Source: Rhodanobacteraceae bacterium
GTDB taxonomy: Bacteria; Pseudomonadota; Gammaproteobacteria; Xanthomonadales; Rhodanobacteraceae
Direction: 5' to 3'
Length of the DNA stretch: 64,000 nucleotides
Assembly: GCA_051954935.1 (NCBI GenBank)
Contig: JBQCHG010000082.1
Location: 16,409 to 80,408, forward strand
A program made the position numbers and the translations under genes. Under the pieces are notes generated by a model, which was not told the DNA's origin, did no database searches, and was given only the letters and a program-made list of their open reading frames with translations. Numbering within the stretch: the first letter of the stretch is position 1; every line of letters starts with the position of its first letter. Positions 28,782 through 37,331 of this stretch are shown piece by piece.

Positions 28782-29386
28782 TGGCTTGCCCCGTTGCGGA
28801 TGTAACCGGACAGCGTGAACTGCACCTCCAGTTTCGGCTGGGGCGGCATGCCCGGCTGGGCGACCTGGTAGATGGTGATGTCGTCCACGAACATGTATGG
28901 CAGCGCGCGATCGAAATCATGCAGCACCGCCGTCAGGGGCTGGATCGCGCATTGCAGGGTGATGCTGACGCTCACCCGCCGGTACGGCTCCCTGCCGGCA
29001 TTGTTTTCGATCGGCATCTTCTGCGGCATCTCGCAGCCGCCGCCTTCATTGGCATGCGCGGCCACCACGTCGGAGGCGCGCTGGATAAGCCCCGCCGCCG
29101 CCGCGGACGGATCGGTCTCCGGCAGGAACGCATTCGCGGAAGCGCCCCCCGCCGCGAGCTGGTTCAGGCGCTGCTGCAACTGCGGCTGTTGCGCGATCGC
29201 CGCGGCGTAGCGCGCGTGCTGCTCGCGGAGGTCGTGCATCTGCGCATTCTGGTCGAGCAGTGGCGCGACGAACCACCAGTGCAGGAGAACGAAATAGGCG
29301 ATGGCGAGCGCGATCAGCGCCAGCACGATCGCGGCCAGCCGCGATTGCACGGGACTCAGCTTGACCGGCTTAATGCGAGGCGGCAT
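28778..29386 (-). CDS. gspM: T2SS protein M
   Basis: Bitopic protein with TM segment AAIVLALIALAIAYFVLL, a coiled-coil and a ferredoxin-like C-terminus. It sits between gspL and gspN. The start is uncertain (ATG 29386 or 29407). Confidence 0.7.
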   Translation of the reverse strand: MPPRIKPVKLSPVQSRLAAIVLALIALAIAYFVLLHWWFVAPLLDQNAQMHDLREQHARYAAAIAQQPQLQQRLNQLAAGGASANAFLPETDPSAAAAGLIQRASDVVAAHANEGGGCEMPQKMPIENNAGREPYRRVSVSITLQCAIQPLTAVLHDFDRALPYMFVDDITIYQVAQPGMPPQPKLEVQFTLSGYIRNGASQ

Positions 29387-30512
29387 TGCCCGGCTTCCCC
29401 GTACCACGCAATTGCGCGGAAAGATCGAAGTGCTCCTTGCCGGTGGTCGGGTCCGGCTGGATCACGCCCTGCAATTTCGGCTCGGCGATCAGCGACGAAT
29501 CGCGCAACCTGTCGATCAGTCCCGCGGCTTTCGCGCTCTCGCCCTGCATGGTCAACTGACCGGTCGAATCCAGGGAAAAGCGCTGCAGCCAAGTGTCGGG
29601 CGGCAGGCGTTGGGTGAGATCGCTCAGCACGGAGAGCGGCGACGGCGTGGCGCGCTTGCGCGCGGCGAGGAACCCGGATGCGCCCGCCGCGTTGACCAAC
29701 TGCTCGCGCAGGGAAGTGGCCCGGCGTGCCTGCACCTGCAGCGCGTCCACCTGCGTCTGCATCGTGTCCAGCGCGGTCTGGCGGTTGCCCAGCCATTGCA
29801 GCATCACGATCACCGCCAACGCGATGCAGACCGCACCCATGATCAGGTTGGCGCGCCGGCGCGGATGCGCGCGACGCGGGCGTTGCGCAGGCGGAAGCAG
29901 GTTGACGCCCACGCGCCCGTTCGCGGGATTCGCTTCGTCGGCCACGTCCACCGCATCCGGCACCACCCCGATGCCGAGCAGGCGTACCAGCAGCGGTTCC
30001 ACCTCCACGCGCGGCGCGGCGATCAGTTCCACCGCGAGTTGGCCTGGCGCCGCATCCAGATCGAGCACGCGCACGTCATACCAGACCTGGTCCGGCTTGA
30101 ACGGCGTCTGCCGGTCGATTTCGTATCCGACCACGCGCCGGAGATCGCTCGCCGCCGCCTGCGGCAATTGCAGGCGCCGGCGCAACACGAATGACGAGGG
30201 CAATAACAGCACCAGTCGCCGATCGGATGGATCGATGTCGCGGCAGGCGCGGACGAAGCCGGCGCGCTGTTCTTCCGGCGCGGCATTCGCCTCGATGTGC
30301 GCGAGCAGATCGCCGGTGCGCTCGCGGCGCACGCGGAGCCCATCCGCCTCCGCACTCAACAGCAGCACTTCCGGCCCCCGCAACACGTGTGCGCGCAAGC
30401 GCTCCGGCAGCAGCGTGGCGAGTTCGCCGCCCCACCAAGCGAGAAAGCGTGGTCCCTGTGAACGTTGCCAAGCCAGCCACGCGCGCTCCAGCCCGGGCGA
30501 AAGCTTGTTCAT
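29370..30512 (-). CDS. gspL: T2SS protein L
   Basis: Actin-like cytoplasmic domain, one TM segment (LIMGAVCIALAVIVML) and a PilN-like periplasmic domain. ATGA overlap with the gspK stop. Confidence 0.75.
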   Translation of the reverse strand: MNKLSPGLERAWLAWQRSQGPRFLAWWGGELATLLPERLRAHVLRGPEVLLLSAEADGLRVRRERTGDLLAHIEANAAPEEQRAGFVRACRDIDPSDRRLVLLLPSSFVLRRRLQLPQAAASDLRRVVGYEIDRQTPFKPDQVWYDVRVLDLDAAPGQLAVELIAAPRVEVEPLLVRLLGIGVVPDAVDVADEANPANGRVGVNLLPPAQRPRRAHPRRRANLIMGAVCIALAVIVMLQWLGNRQTALDTMQTQVDALQVQARRATSLREQLVNAAGASGFLAARKRATPSPLSVLSDLTQRLPPDTWLQRFSLDSTGQLTMQGESAKAAGLIDRLRDSSLIAEPKLQGVIQPDPTTGKEHFDLSAQLRGTGKPGNAASH

Positions 30513-31456
30513 CGCGATTCCCTGGACACCGATTCCCTGGACACTTCCGAATCCTCGGCGATGTTCGACACGTCTCTCCAGCCTAACACGGTGTACGGCC
30601 GCAGGCCGCCACTCATCGCCGTCACCCGCAGGATCGCGTCCTGGGCCGAGCGCGTACCGTCCGGCAGGACCGCCACCGCACGGATCTCCTGGGTCAGGCC
30701 GCCGAAGCCGGCGACCGGCACTTGCGGGGCGGCGGCGCCCTGCGCCGCCGGCAGCGGAAGGTTGCCCTGCAGCGGCGGACGGGCGCGGCGCGCGGCCACG
30801 ACGCGGGCCGCGGCCACCGCATCGCCGTCCCTGCCCGCCGCGAGTGCCAGCGGCCCCGCGTACGCCTCGTCCGGGAAATTGCGCCCGGAGTACACCGTCA
30901 CCGCATCGGCGAGCCTGCGGTACAGCGCATCGGTCATGCCGTATACGCGCGACAACTCGTCGCTGCTGCGAAACGGACCGTTGCGTGGCAGCCAGGCGAG
31001 CCCGGCACGACGGTAGGTTTCCGCTTCGGCGCCATGGGGATGCGGGATGTCGTCACTGTCACGCCAGTCCTGCACCGCATCGGCGAGCGCCTGCGCGTGC
31101 GGCTGGTCGGCGCCGGCGGCGAGGAACAGGTTCTTCAGCACCTCCGGCGTGGCGGCGTTGAGATCCACCTGCCCGGACGTGTCGGTGACGTTCACCTGGA
31201 CCCTGGCTCCGTCGAAGTCGAAGCGATAGCCGCGCCCGTCCGGTACCCAGCGACGCGCAGGATCGGGGTCACGCAGGGCCTGCACCGCCCGCGCTACGCC
31301 CGCGTCCGCGGCATAGCGCGCACGCGCCTGCGCGTAGGTGTTGCGCGCAGCCTCGCCCTCCCCGTGCGCGGTCACCGCCATCCCCGCCAGCAATGCGGCG
31401 AGCAAGGCGATCGCCCACATCGCGAACAGCAACGCGGCACCGCGCGCGCGCTTCAT
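30509..31456 (-). CDS. gspK: T2SS minor pseudopilin GspK
   Basis: Start at MKRARGAALLFAMWAIALLAALLAG (ATG 31456, 4-nt overlap with gspJ). GspK-type helix-hairpin-helix region DLNAATPEVLKNLF. The C-terminal tail is encoded by a tandem repeat. Confidence 0.8.
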   Translation of the reverse strand: MKRARGAALLFAMWAIALLAALLAGMAVTAHGEGEAARNTYAQARARYAADAGVARAVQALRDPDPARRWVPDGRGYRFDFDGARVQVNVTDTSGQVDLNAATPEVLKNLFLAAGADQPHAQALADAVQDWRDSDDIPHPHGAEAETYRRAGLAWLPRNGPFRSSDELSRVYGMTDALYRRLADAVTVYSGRNFPDEAYAGPLALAAGRDGDAVAAARVVAARRARPPLQGNLPLPAAQGAAAPQVPVAGFGGLTQEIRAVAVLPDGTRSAQDAILRVTAMSGGLRPYTVLGWRDVSNIAEDSEVSRESVSRESR

Positions 31457-32103
31457 TGCCCCGCTCCCAGCGAAATCGGCACCCCGGAACCATTGCCGGC
31501 GCGCAGCGGTACCAGCATTTCCGGGAAACCCACGCGTCCGCCCCAATCGGGATCGGCGACGATGTGCACCGCCAGCGGCAGGCCGTTGGTGCTGTGCCAG
31601 ATCCGCTGCCATTTCGCCGGCGCGTTGCCCTGCGCGGCGACGAGGTATTCGAAACCGGGATCGGTGACATGTTCGAGCAGGGTTTCCGGTTTCGAATCCG
31701 GCGAGACGGTATCGCCGGACAGCGGCGCGTAGGTCAGCTGCAGCGTGTAATCGTTGCTTCCGGACTCGCGCACGAATTTCAAGGTCTGCACGAACAGCCC
31801 GCCATCGCCGAGCTGCGCCGGCATCGGCGCCACGTAGGTCAGCGACAACGGATCGCCGGTGAACATGCGCGCCGCCTGGTCCTTCGCCGGCACGAACGCC
31901 TGCGGTTGCGCGCCGCCGAGATAATTGCGCAGGAAGGCCTGTACCGCGCGCACGCGATCGCTGCGCTCTGTCAAGGCCTCCGCGCTGCGGGTCAGGCGCG
32001 CGCCGGTGCGCAACGCGCCCCACACGCCCACCATCGTCATCGCCATCAGCACCAGCGCGAGCAGGATCTCGAGGAGGGTGAAGCCGGAAGCGCGGCGGCT
32101 CAT
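31453..32103 (-). CDS. gspJ: T2SS minor pseudopilin GspJ
   Basis: Prepilin motif SG/FTLLEILLALVLMAM. Operon position fits. Confidence 0.8.
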   Translation of the reverse strand: MSRRASGFTLLEILLALVLMAMTMVGVWGALRTGARLTRSAEALTERSDRVRAVQAFLRNYLGGAQPQAFVPAKDQAARMFTGDPLSLTYVAPMPAQLGDGGLFVQTLKFVRESGSNDYTLQLTYAPLSGDTVSPDSKPETLLEHVTDPGFEYLVAAQGNAPAKWQRIWHSTNGLPLAVHIVADPDWGGRVGFPEMLVPLRAGNGSGVPISLGAGQ

Positions 32104-32528
32104 GGCTGCAGCGCCTGCTGCGCGCGCAGGGTGGAAAAGTGCAGCGTGCGACCACCGCCGTAGCGCACGTCCAGGTCCATCCGGAACAGGTCTATGCCGT
32201 TGCTCACGAGCGGCTGCGCGGGCGACGTCGCGAAACCATTCGCGGACGGCGGCGCAGGTAGCGTGAATTTGCTCGTGCGCAACTGCCAGGTCGCACCATC
32301 GGCGAAGCGCCCCTGCTGCACGCCGTTGCGCAGCGGCAGCACCAATCCCTGCTCGTCCAGCAGTGATTGCGCTTCCAGCGTCGCGGTGGTGAGCGCTTCG
32401 CCACGCAGGCTGTTGCCCAGTGCGCCGCTCATCGCGCGCAACCCGATCGCGAAGGCGAACGCCAGCAGCGCGATCGCGGCGAGGACCTCGAGGAGGGTGA
32501 AGCCGCGATGGCCGGATCGGGCTTTCAC
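32100..32528 (-). CDS. gspI: T2SS minor pseudopilin GspI
   Basis: Prepilin motif RG/FTLLEVLAAIALLAF. Operon position fits. Confidence 0.8.
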   Translation of the reverse strand: MKARSGHRGFTLLEVLAAIALLAFAFAIGLRAMSGALGNSLRGEALTTATLEAQSLLDEQGLVLPLRNGVQQGRFADGATWQLRTSKFTLPAPPSANGFATSPAQPLVSNGIDLFRMDLDVRYGGGRTLHFSTLRAQQALQP

Positions 32529-32971
32529 TGCGTCGCCACTTGGCTCATCGCCACTGCGCCGGTCAGCCAGTCCACGTCGATCCGCATCTCGCGGTTCTTG
32601 CGGACGAGTTCGATATTGCCACCGGTCGAGCTGCCGTCCGGGAAGAAGCGGATGCGCGCTTCACCCGGATGCTGCACGTCCTCGGCCGCCGAGGTTACGT
32701 GCAGCACGGTTCCACCCGGGATGCCCTGCGGCTCGCGCCCGGGCGAGGCGAACGTGCGCGCGTTCAGATCCAGCGTGAACCATTGCGGCCGGTGCTCCAC
32801 CAGCGCGCGCGTGCGCGTGTGGCGCAGCGCGGCGGCGATGTCACGCGCGGAAGCATCCAGCCGCGCGCGATCCAGCCCACCGTCCAGGCTGAAGGCGGTC
32901 ACCGCCAGCGCGATGCCCATCAGCGCCAGTACGGCGAGTATTTCCAGCAAGGTGAAGCCGCGCTGCTTCAT
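32525..32971 (-). CDS. gspH: T2SS minor pseudopilin GspH
   Basis: Sequence is MKQRG/FTLLEILAVLALMGI. Operon position fits. Confidence 0.8.
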   Translation of the reverse strand: MKQRGFTLLEILAVLALMGIALAVTAFSLDGGLDRARLDASARDIAAALRHTRTRALVEHRPQWFTLDLNARTFASPGREPQGIPGGTVLHVTSAAEDVQHPGEARIRFFPDGSSTGGNIELVRKNREMRIDVDWLTGAVAMSQVATQ

Positions 32972-32980
32972 CGCAAACGC

Positions 32981-33442
32981 TCACTGCTGCCAGTTCCCGT
33001 AATCCGCATCCACGCCTTCGCCGCCCGGCTTGCCGTCGCGGCCGTAGAAGACGATGTCGTACTGGCCGTGCTGGCCCGGGTACGTGTAACCGAACGGATG
33101 ACCCCACGGATCCTTGAGGTCGCCGGCCTTGGCATACGGACCGTTCCACGACGGCGCGTCGGCCGGCTTGGTCAGCAGGTCCTGCAACTCCTTCGGCGGC
33201 GACCCGTTGTCGAGCATGTAAGCGTCGATGTCCTGGCTGAGTTTCTGCACCTGCAGCTTGCCGGCCTTGTAATCGGCCTTGGTCACGCTGCCACTGATCG
33301 AACGCGCGACGATCGTCGCGACGATGCCGAGCAGCACGATCACCGCGAGCATTTCCAGCAAGGTGAAGCCTCGCGCCGCCACTCTTCCGGCACGAACCCC
33401 GACTGCCGGGTTCGGAGTCCCGGTCGATTTCAATAAAGGCAT
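32981..33442 (-). CDS. gspG: T2SS major pseudopilin GspG
   Basis: Sequence is RG/FTLLEMLAVIVLLGIVATIV...DPWGHPFGY...GRDGKPGGEG. ATG 33442 has GAGGG 6 nt upstream and implies a 25-aa leader. Confidence 0.88.
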   Translation of the reverse strand: MPLLKSTGTPNPAVGVRAGRVAARGFTLLEMLAVIVLLGIVATIVARSISGSVTKADYKAGKLQVQKLSQDIDAYMLDNGSPPKELQDLLTKPADAPSWNGPYAKAGDLKDPWGHPFGYTYPGQHGQYDIVFYGRDGKPGGEGVDADYGNWQQ

Positions 33443-33477
33443 GTCGAACCCTCTGCGGTTTGAAGTGATGTTGAAGA

Positions 33478-34689
33478 TCATTGGATGTTTCCCGTGAGGC
33501 TCAGGAGCGGCAGCAGGATCGCCAGCATGATGCCGGCCACCAGCACGGCCATGATGATGGTCAGCACCGGCACCAGCGCCGAGAGCATCTTGTCTATCGC
33601 ACCGCGCACCTGGCCGTCGTAGGTATCGGCTGCGCGCAGCAGCATCTGGTCGAGCGTGCCCGATTCCTCGCCCACCGCGGCGATCTGCACCGCGAGCTTA
33701 GGAAAACCGGTGTGCGCCGCCAGCGCGCGCGACAATGCCTCGCCGCCCTTGACCGCTTCGGTAACCGGCTCCAGCTGCGCGGCCAGTTCGCGGTTGGCGA
33801 CGACCTGGCGCGCGATCCCGAGCGCGCTCAGCAGCGGCACGCCGTTCTTCAGCAGACTACCGAGCGTGCGCATCAGTCGCGCGGTTTCCACTTTCAGCAG
33901 CAGCGGGCCGAACACGCGCGCGCGCAGCAGGCGAGCATCCAGTCCGCGCCGCGCGACCGGCTCGCGCAAGCGCGCCTGCGTGTAGATGCCCGCGATGATC
34001 AGCAGCGCCAGCACGATCCAGCCCCAGTCGTGCAGGAACGAACCGAGCGCCATCAGCACGCGCGTGACCAGCGGCACCGGCACGTTCATGTCGGCGAAGA
34101 TCGGCACGAACTGCGGCACCACGAATGCCAGCAGCAGCACCAGCGAGCCGAGTACGCCGAACAGCAGGAACGCCGGATACACCAGTGCGCCGATCACGCT
34201 CTCGCGCAACGACCGCGCGCGTTCGAGGTAATCGGCCAGACGTTTGAGCGTTTCGTCCAGCGCCCCGCCTGCTTCGCCGGCGCGCACCATGCTGACGTAC
34301 AGCCGCGAAAACGCGCCGTGCTCTTCCTCCAGCGCATGCGACAGCGAGGCACCGCCGCGGACGCGTTCGCGCACGCGCATCACCACATTGCGCGCACGTT
34401 CGCCTTCGGGCAGCTCCAGCAGCAGTTGCAGCGAGCGGTCCAGCGGCAGGCCCGCACCGAGCAAGGTACCGAGCTGCTGCGTGAACTGCACCAGCGCGGC
34501 GCCCGACAACGGTTGTCGCTGCCAGCGCTTGAACAGCGACCCGCCGCCGGCTTCCGCGTCATCCGCGGCGAGCGGCACGTTGCCCTGCTCCTGCAGACGC
34601 GCGACGACATCCTCGACGGTCGGCGCATCCATGCGGCCTTCGACGACTTCGCCGGCGGGGGTAACGGCCTTGTAGTGGAATTGCGGCAT
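33478..34689 (-). CDS. gspF: T2SS inner-membrane platform protein GspF
   Basis: Sequence starts MPQFHYKAVTPAGEVVEGRMDAP. It has two GspF repeats and three TM segments, and is 403 aa. Confidence 0.92.
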   Translation of the reverse strand: MPQFHYKAVTPAGEVVEGRMDAPTVEDVVARLQEQGNVPLAADDAEAGGGSLFKRWQRQPLSGAALVQFTQQLGTLLGAGLPLDRSLQLLLELPEGERARNVVMRVRERVRGGASLSHALEEEHGAFSRLYVSMVRAGEAGGALDETLKRLADYLERARSLRESVIGALVYPAFLLFGVLGSLVLLLAFVVPQFVPIFADMNVPVPLVTRVLMALGSFLHDWGWIVLALLIIAGIYTQARLREPVARRGLDARLLRARVFGPLLLKVETARLMRTLGSLLKNGVPLLSALGIARQVVANRELAAQLEPVTEAVKGGEALSRALAAHTGFPKLAVQIAAVGEESGTLDQMLLRAADTYDGQVRGAIDKMLSALVPVLTIIMAVLVAGIMLAILLPLLSLTGNIQ

Positions 34690-34696
34690 GCGCGGC

Positions 34697-36424
34697 TCAG
34701 GCTTCCTGCGTCACACGCAGGACCTCCTCGATCGTCGTCTGACCGGCGAGCGCCTTGCGCAGGCCGTCCTCGTACATCGTGCGCATCCCCTCGGCGCGCG
34801 CTGCGCGCTCGATCTCGCTCGCATCCGCGCGCTGCATCACCAGCCGCCTCAGCGGATCGCTGAGCGTCAGCTGTTCGATGATCGCCAGGCGGCCGCGATA
34901 GCCGCTGGGATTTTCGGCGGAACCACGCGGCCGGTACAGCCGCAACGGACGCTGGTCGGTGAGCTTGTCGAGACCCAGTTCCCTCACCATTTCCGGCAGC
35001 GGTTCGTAAGCTTCGGCGGTTTCCGGATCGAGCCGGCGCACCAACCGCTGCGCGAGGATCGCATTCACCGTGGAGGCCAGCAGGTAGTCCTCGACGCCCA
35101 TGTCCAGCAGGCGGGTCAATCCGCCCGCCGCCGAATTGGTGTGCAGCGTGGAGAGCACCAAGTGTCCGGTGAGCGCGGACTGGATCGCGATCTTGCAGGT
35201 CTCCAGGTCGCGCATCTCGCCGATCATGATCACGTCCGGGTCCTGCCGCACGATCGAACGCAGGGCGCCGGCAAAATCCAGCCCGATCGCCGGCTTCACC
35301 TGCATCTGGTTGATGCCTTCGAGCTGGTATTCGACCGGGTCCTCGACCGTGATGATCTTGCGATCCGGCGTGTTGATCTTCGACAGCGCGGTGTAGAGCG
35401 TGGTGGTCTTGCCGGACCCCGTGGGGCCCGTGACCAGCAGGATGCCGTGCGGCTGCTCCAGCACCTGCAGGAACTGCGGCAGTGTATGTTCGTCGAAACC
35501 GAGCGCGGCGAAATCCAGCACCACGTTGCCGCGATCAAGGATGCGCATCACCACCGACTCGCCGAAGCTGGTCGGGATGCACGACACGCGCAGGTCCAAT
35601 TCCTTGCCCTGCACGCGCAGCATGATGCGACCGTCCTGCGGCAGGCGGCGCTCGGCAATGTTCATGCGTGCCATGATCTTGATGCGCGAAATCACCGCTG
35701 CGGTGCTGGACGCCGGCGGCGCTTCCACCTCGTGCAGCACGCCGTCGATGCGATACCGCACCTTCAGGCGATTTTCGAAAGGCTCGATGTGGATGTCGGA
35801 TGCGCGTGCTTCCACCGCGCGCTGGATCAGCAGATTCACCAGGCGGATAACCGGGGCCTCGGAAGCGAGGTCGCGCAGGTGCTCGATGTCGTCTTCGCCG
35901 CCGGCGCTTTCGCCATCCATGCCTTCCACGATCGCGCCCAGCGCGCTGCGGCCCTGGCCATGCCAGCGCTCGATCAGGTCGTCGATTTCCGAGCGCAACG
36001 CGATGCGAAGCACCACCGGCTTGCCGGCCGCCAGCGCCACGGCCTGCAACGGATAGGAGTCGCCCGGATCGGCCACGGCCAATTCCAGCGCGCCATCGCG
36101 CTCGCCGATCGGCACCACGTGATGCTGTTTCATGAAACGCAGCGACAGTCCGTTGCCGGCGCTTTCAGGCGGTGCGTCCGGCGCCTCCTTCATCGCCAGC
36201 AGCGGCAGGTGCAGCGTTTCCGACCAGGCTTCGGCGAGGTCGCGCTCCGACACCAGGCCCAGCCGCGCCAACAGCGCGGTCAGCGTGCCGTCCGGCGATT
36301 CGGCGTGGATGCGCTCGGCGCGCGCGAGGTCCGATTCCTTCAGCTTGCCGCGCTCGACCAGCAGCGCGCACACGGGCACTTCCGCGCGGGTGTTCGGGGC
36401 AGAGGTTTGCGCGCTTGCTGACAT
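34697..36424 (-). CDS. gspE: T2SS ATPase GspE
   Basis: Walker A is GPTGSGKTTTLY, followed by Asp and His boxes, a tetracysteine-less C-terminus and an N-terminal MshEN-like domain. The start was chosen at MSASAQTS (ATG 36424). An alternative ATG is 36469. The track ORF continues to 37060 but overlaps the next gene region. Confidence 0.9.
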   Translation of the reverse strand: MSASAQTSAPNTRAEVPVCALLVERGKLKESDLARAERIHAESPDGTLTALLARLGLVSERDLAEAWSETLHLPLLAMKEAPDAPPESAGNGLSLRFMKQHHVVPIGERDGALELAVADPGDSYPLQAVALAAGKPVVLRIALRSEIDDLIERWHGQGRSALGAIVEGMDGESAGGEDDIEHLRDLASEAPVIRLVNLLIQRAVEARASDIHIEPFENRLKVRYRIDGVLHEVEAPPASSTAAVISRIKIMARMNIAERRLPQDGRIMLRVQGKELDLRVSCIPTSFGESVVMRILDRGNVVLDFAALGFDEHTLPQFLQVLEQPHGILLVTGPTGSGKTTTLYTALSKINTPDRKIITVEDPVEYQLEGINQMQVKPAIGLDFAGALRSIVRQDPDVIMIGEMRDLETCKIAIQSALTGHLVLSTLHTNSAAGGLTRLLDMGVEDYLLASTVNAILAQRLVRRLDPETAEAYEPLPEMVRELGLDKLTDQRPLRLYRPRGSAENPSGYRGRLAIIEQLTLSDPLRRLVMQRADASEIERAARAEGMRTMYEDGLRKALAGQTTIEEVLRVTQEA

Positions 36425-36496
36425 GGGGAGGCCTGCTGCGCTCGAATTGTGAAAACTCTTGTCTAGCATATCCGGCGGTTGACCGCATGGAGCGGG

Positions 36497-36525
36497 AAAA
36501 AAACGGGCGGCCTGAAGCCGCCCGT
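36497..36525 (-). terminator. Rho-independent terminator
   Basis: The minus strand reads ACGGGCGGCTTCAGGCCGCCCGTTTTTTT, 22 nt downstream of the stop of the 36547..36975 gene. Confidence 0.8.
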
Positions 36526-36546
36526 AGAACAGCCTGTGGCGTGTGG

Positions 36547-36975
36547 TCACATCGAGGACGAGCTGTCCTTCGTGTAACCCAGATGTACCGTGATCTTGTC
36601 GCCTTTCTTCAGGTTCTGCGAAGCGTTCGGGAAATGCAGCCGCAGGTTCATGCCTTCCGATTTGACGTGCACCATCCCGTTGCTGCTGACCGACTCGACC
36701 GTGCCGCTCATGCTGTGCTCGCCCATCATCTGCCCGTTGGACATGCTGGAACTCGACATGCTGCCGCTGCTGGAGCCGCTCTGCATAGACGAGCCGCTTG
36801 CCGTCGCGGACTGGGGGTTCTGCTGCAAGCTGCCCGAATGGGTCAATGCGCCCGATTGCGGATGCTGCATGCCGGTGTCCTGGGTGTCGGTGCTGCTTTG
36901 CGCCAGCGCCAGCGGCGCCGCGCAGGCCAGCACTCCGGCGACCAGCAGCGACATCATTGACTGAGTGCGTTTCAT
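36547..36975 (-). CDS. Secreted Ser/Gln/Met-rich protein of unknown function (possible CusF-like C-terminal beta domain)
   Basis: ATG 36975 has GGAGG 6 nt upstream. The Sec signal is MKRTQSMMSLLVAGVLACAAPLALA/QS. About 70 aa are low-complexity S/Q/M-rich. The sequence then reads GTVESVSSNGMVHVKSEGMNLRLHFPNASQNLKKGDKITV. Confidence 0.6.
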   Translation of the reverse strand: MKRTQSMMSLLVAGVLACAAPLALAQSSTDTQDTGMQHPQSGALTHSGSLQQNPQSATASGSSMQSGSSSGSMSSSSMSNGQMMGEHSMSGTVESVSSNGMVHVKSEGMNLRLHFPNASQNLKKGDKITVHLGYTKDSSSSM

Positions 36976-37331
36976 GTTCTCCTCCTTGAATGTCTGACCC
37001 GTGGAGCCATCGGCTCGCGATGGCACCGACCAGTACAAACCCGCCGGCAAAAGCGGTCAAGGAGACGGCGAATTCCGTTCAGGCTGCCTGAACATCGCTC
37101 CGCAGGCTAGCCGTGCGAACCGCAAGCTTTCGTTGGGGGGACGCTAAGAAAGCATCAACTCTCGCGTTCACGGCTCCGCGACTCGTCTCTTTGTATTTGT
37201 CGTTCAAGCCCCGATCGGTATCCCGCGTGGCCTCGATTCAGGAGATCTGCGCCGACGCCCTGTGAATCGGACATCGCAGAGACGGAGCGAACCGTGTTGC
37301 CCTGGAAGCTGGAACCCATGGAGTGGACAAA

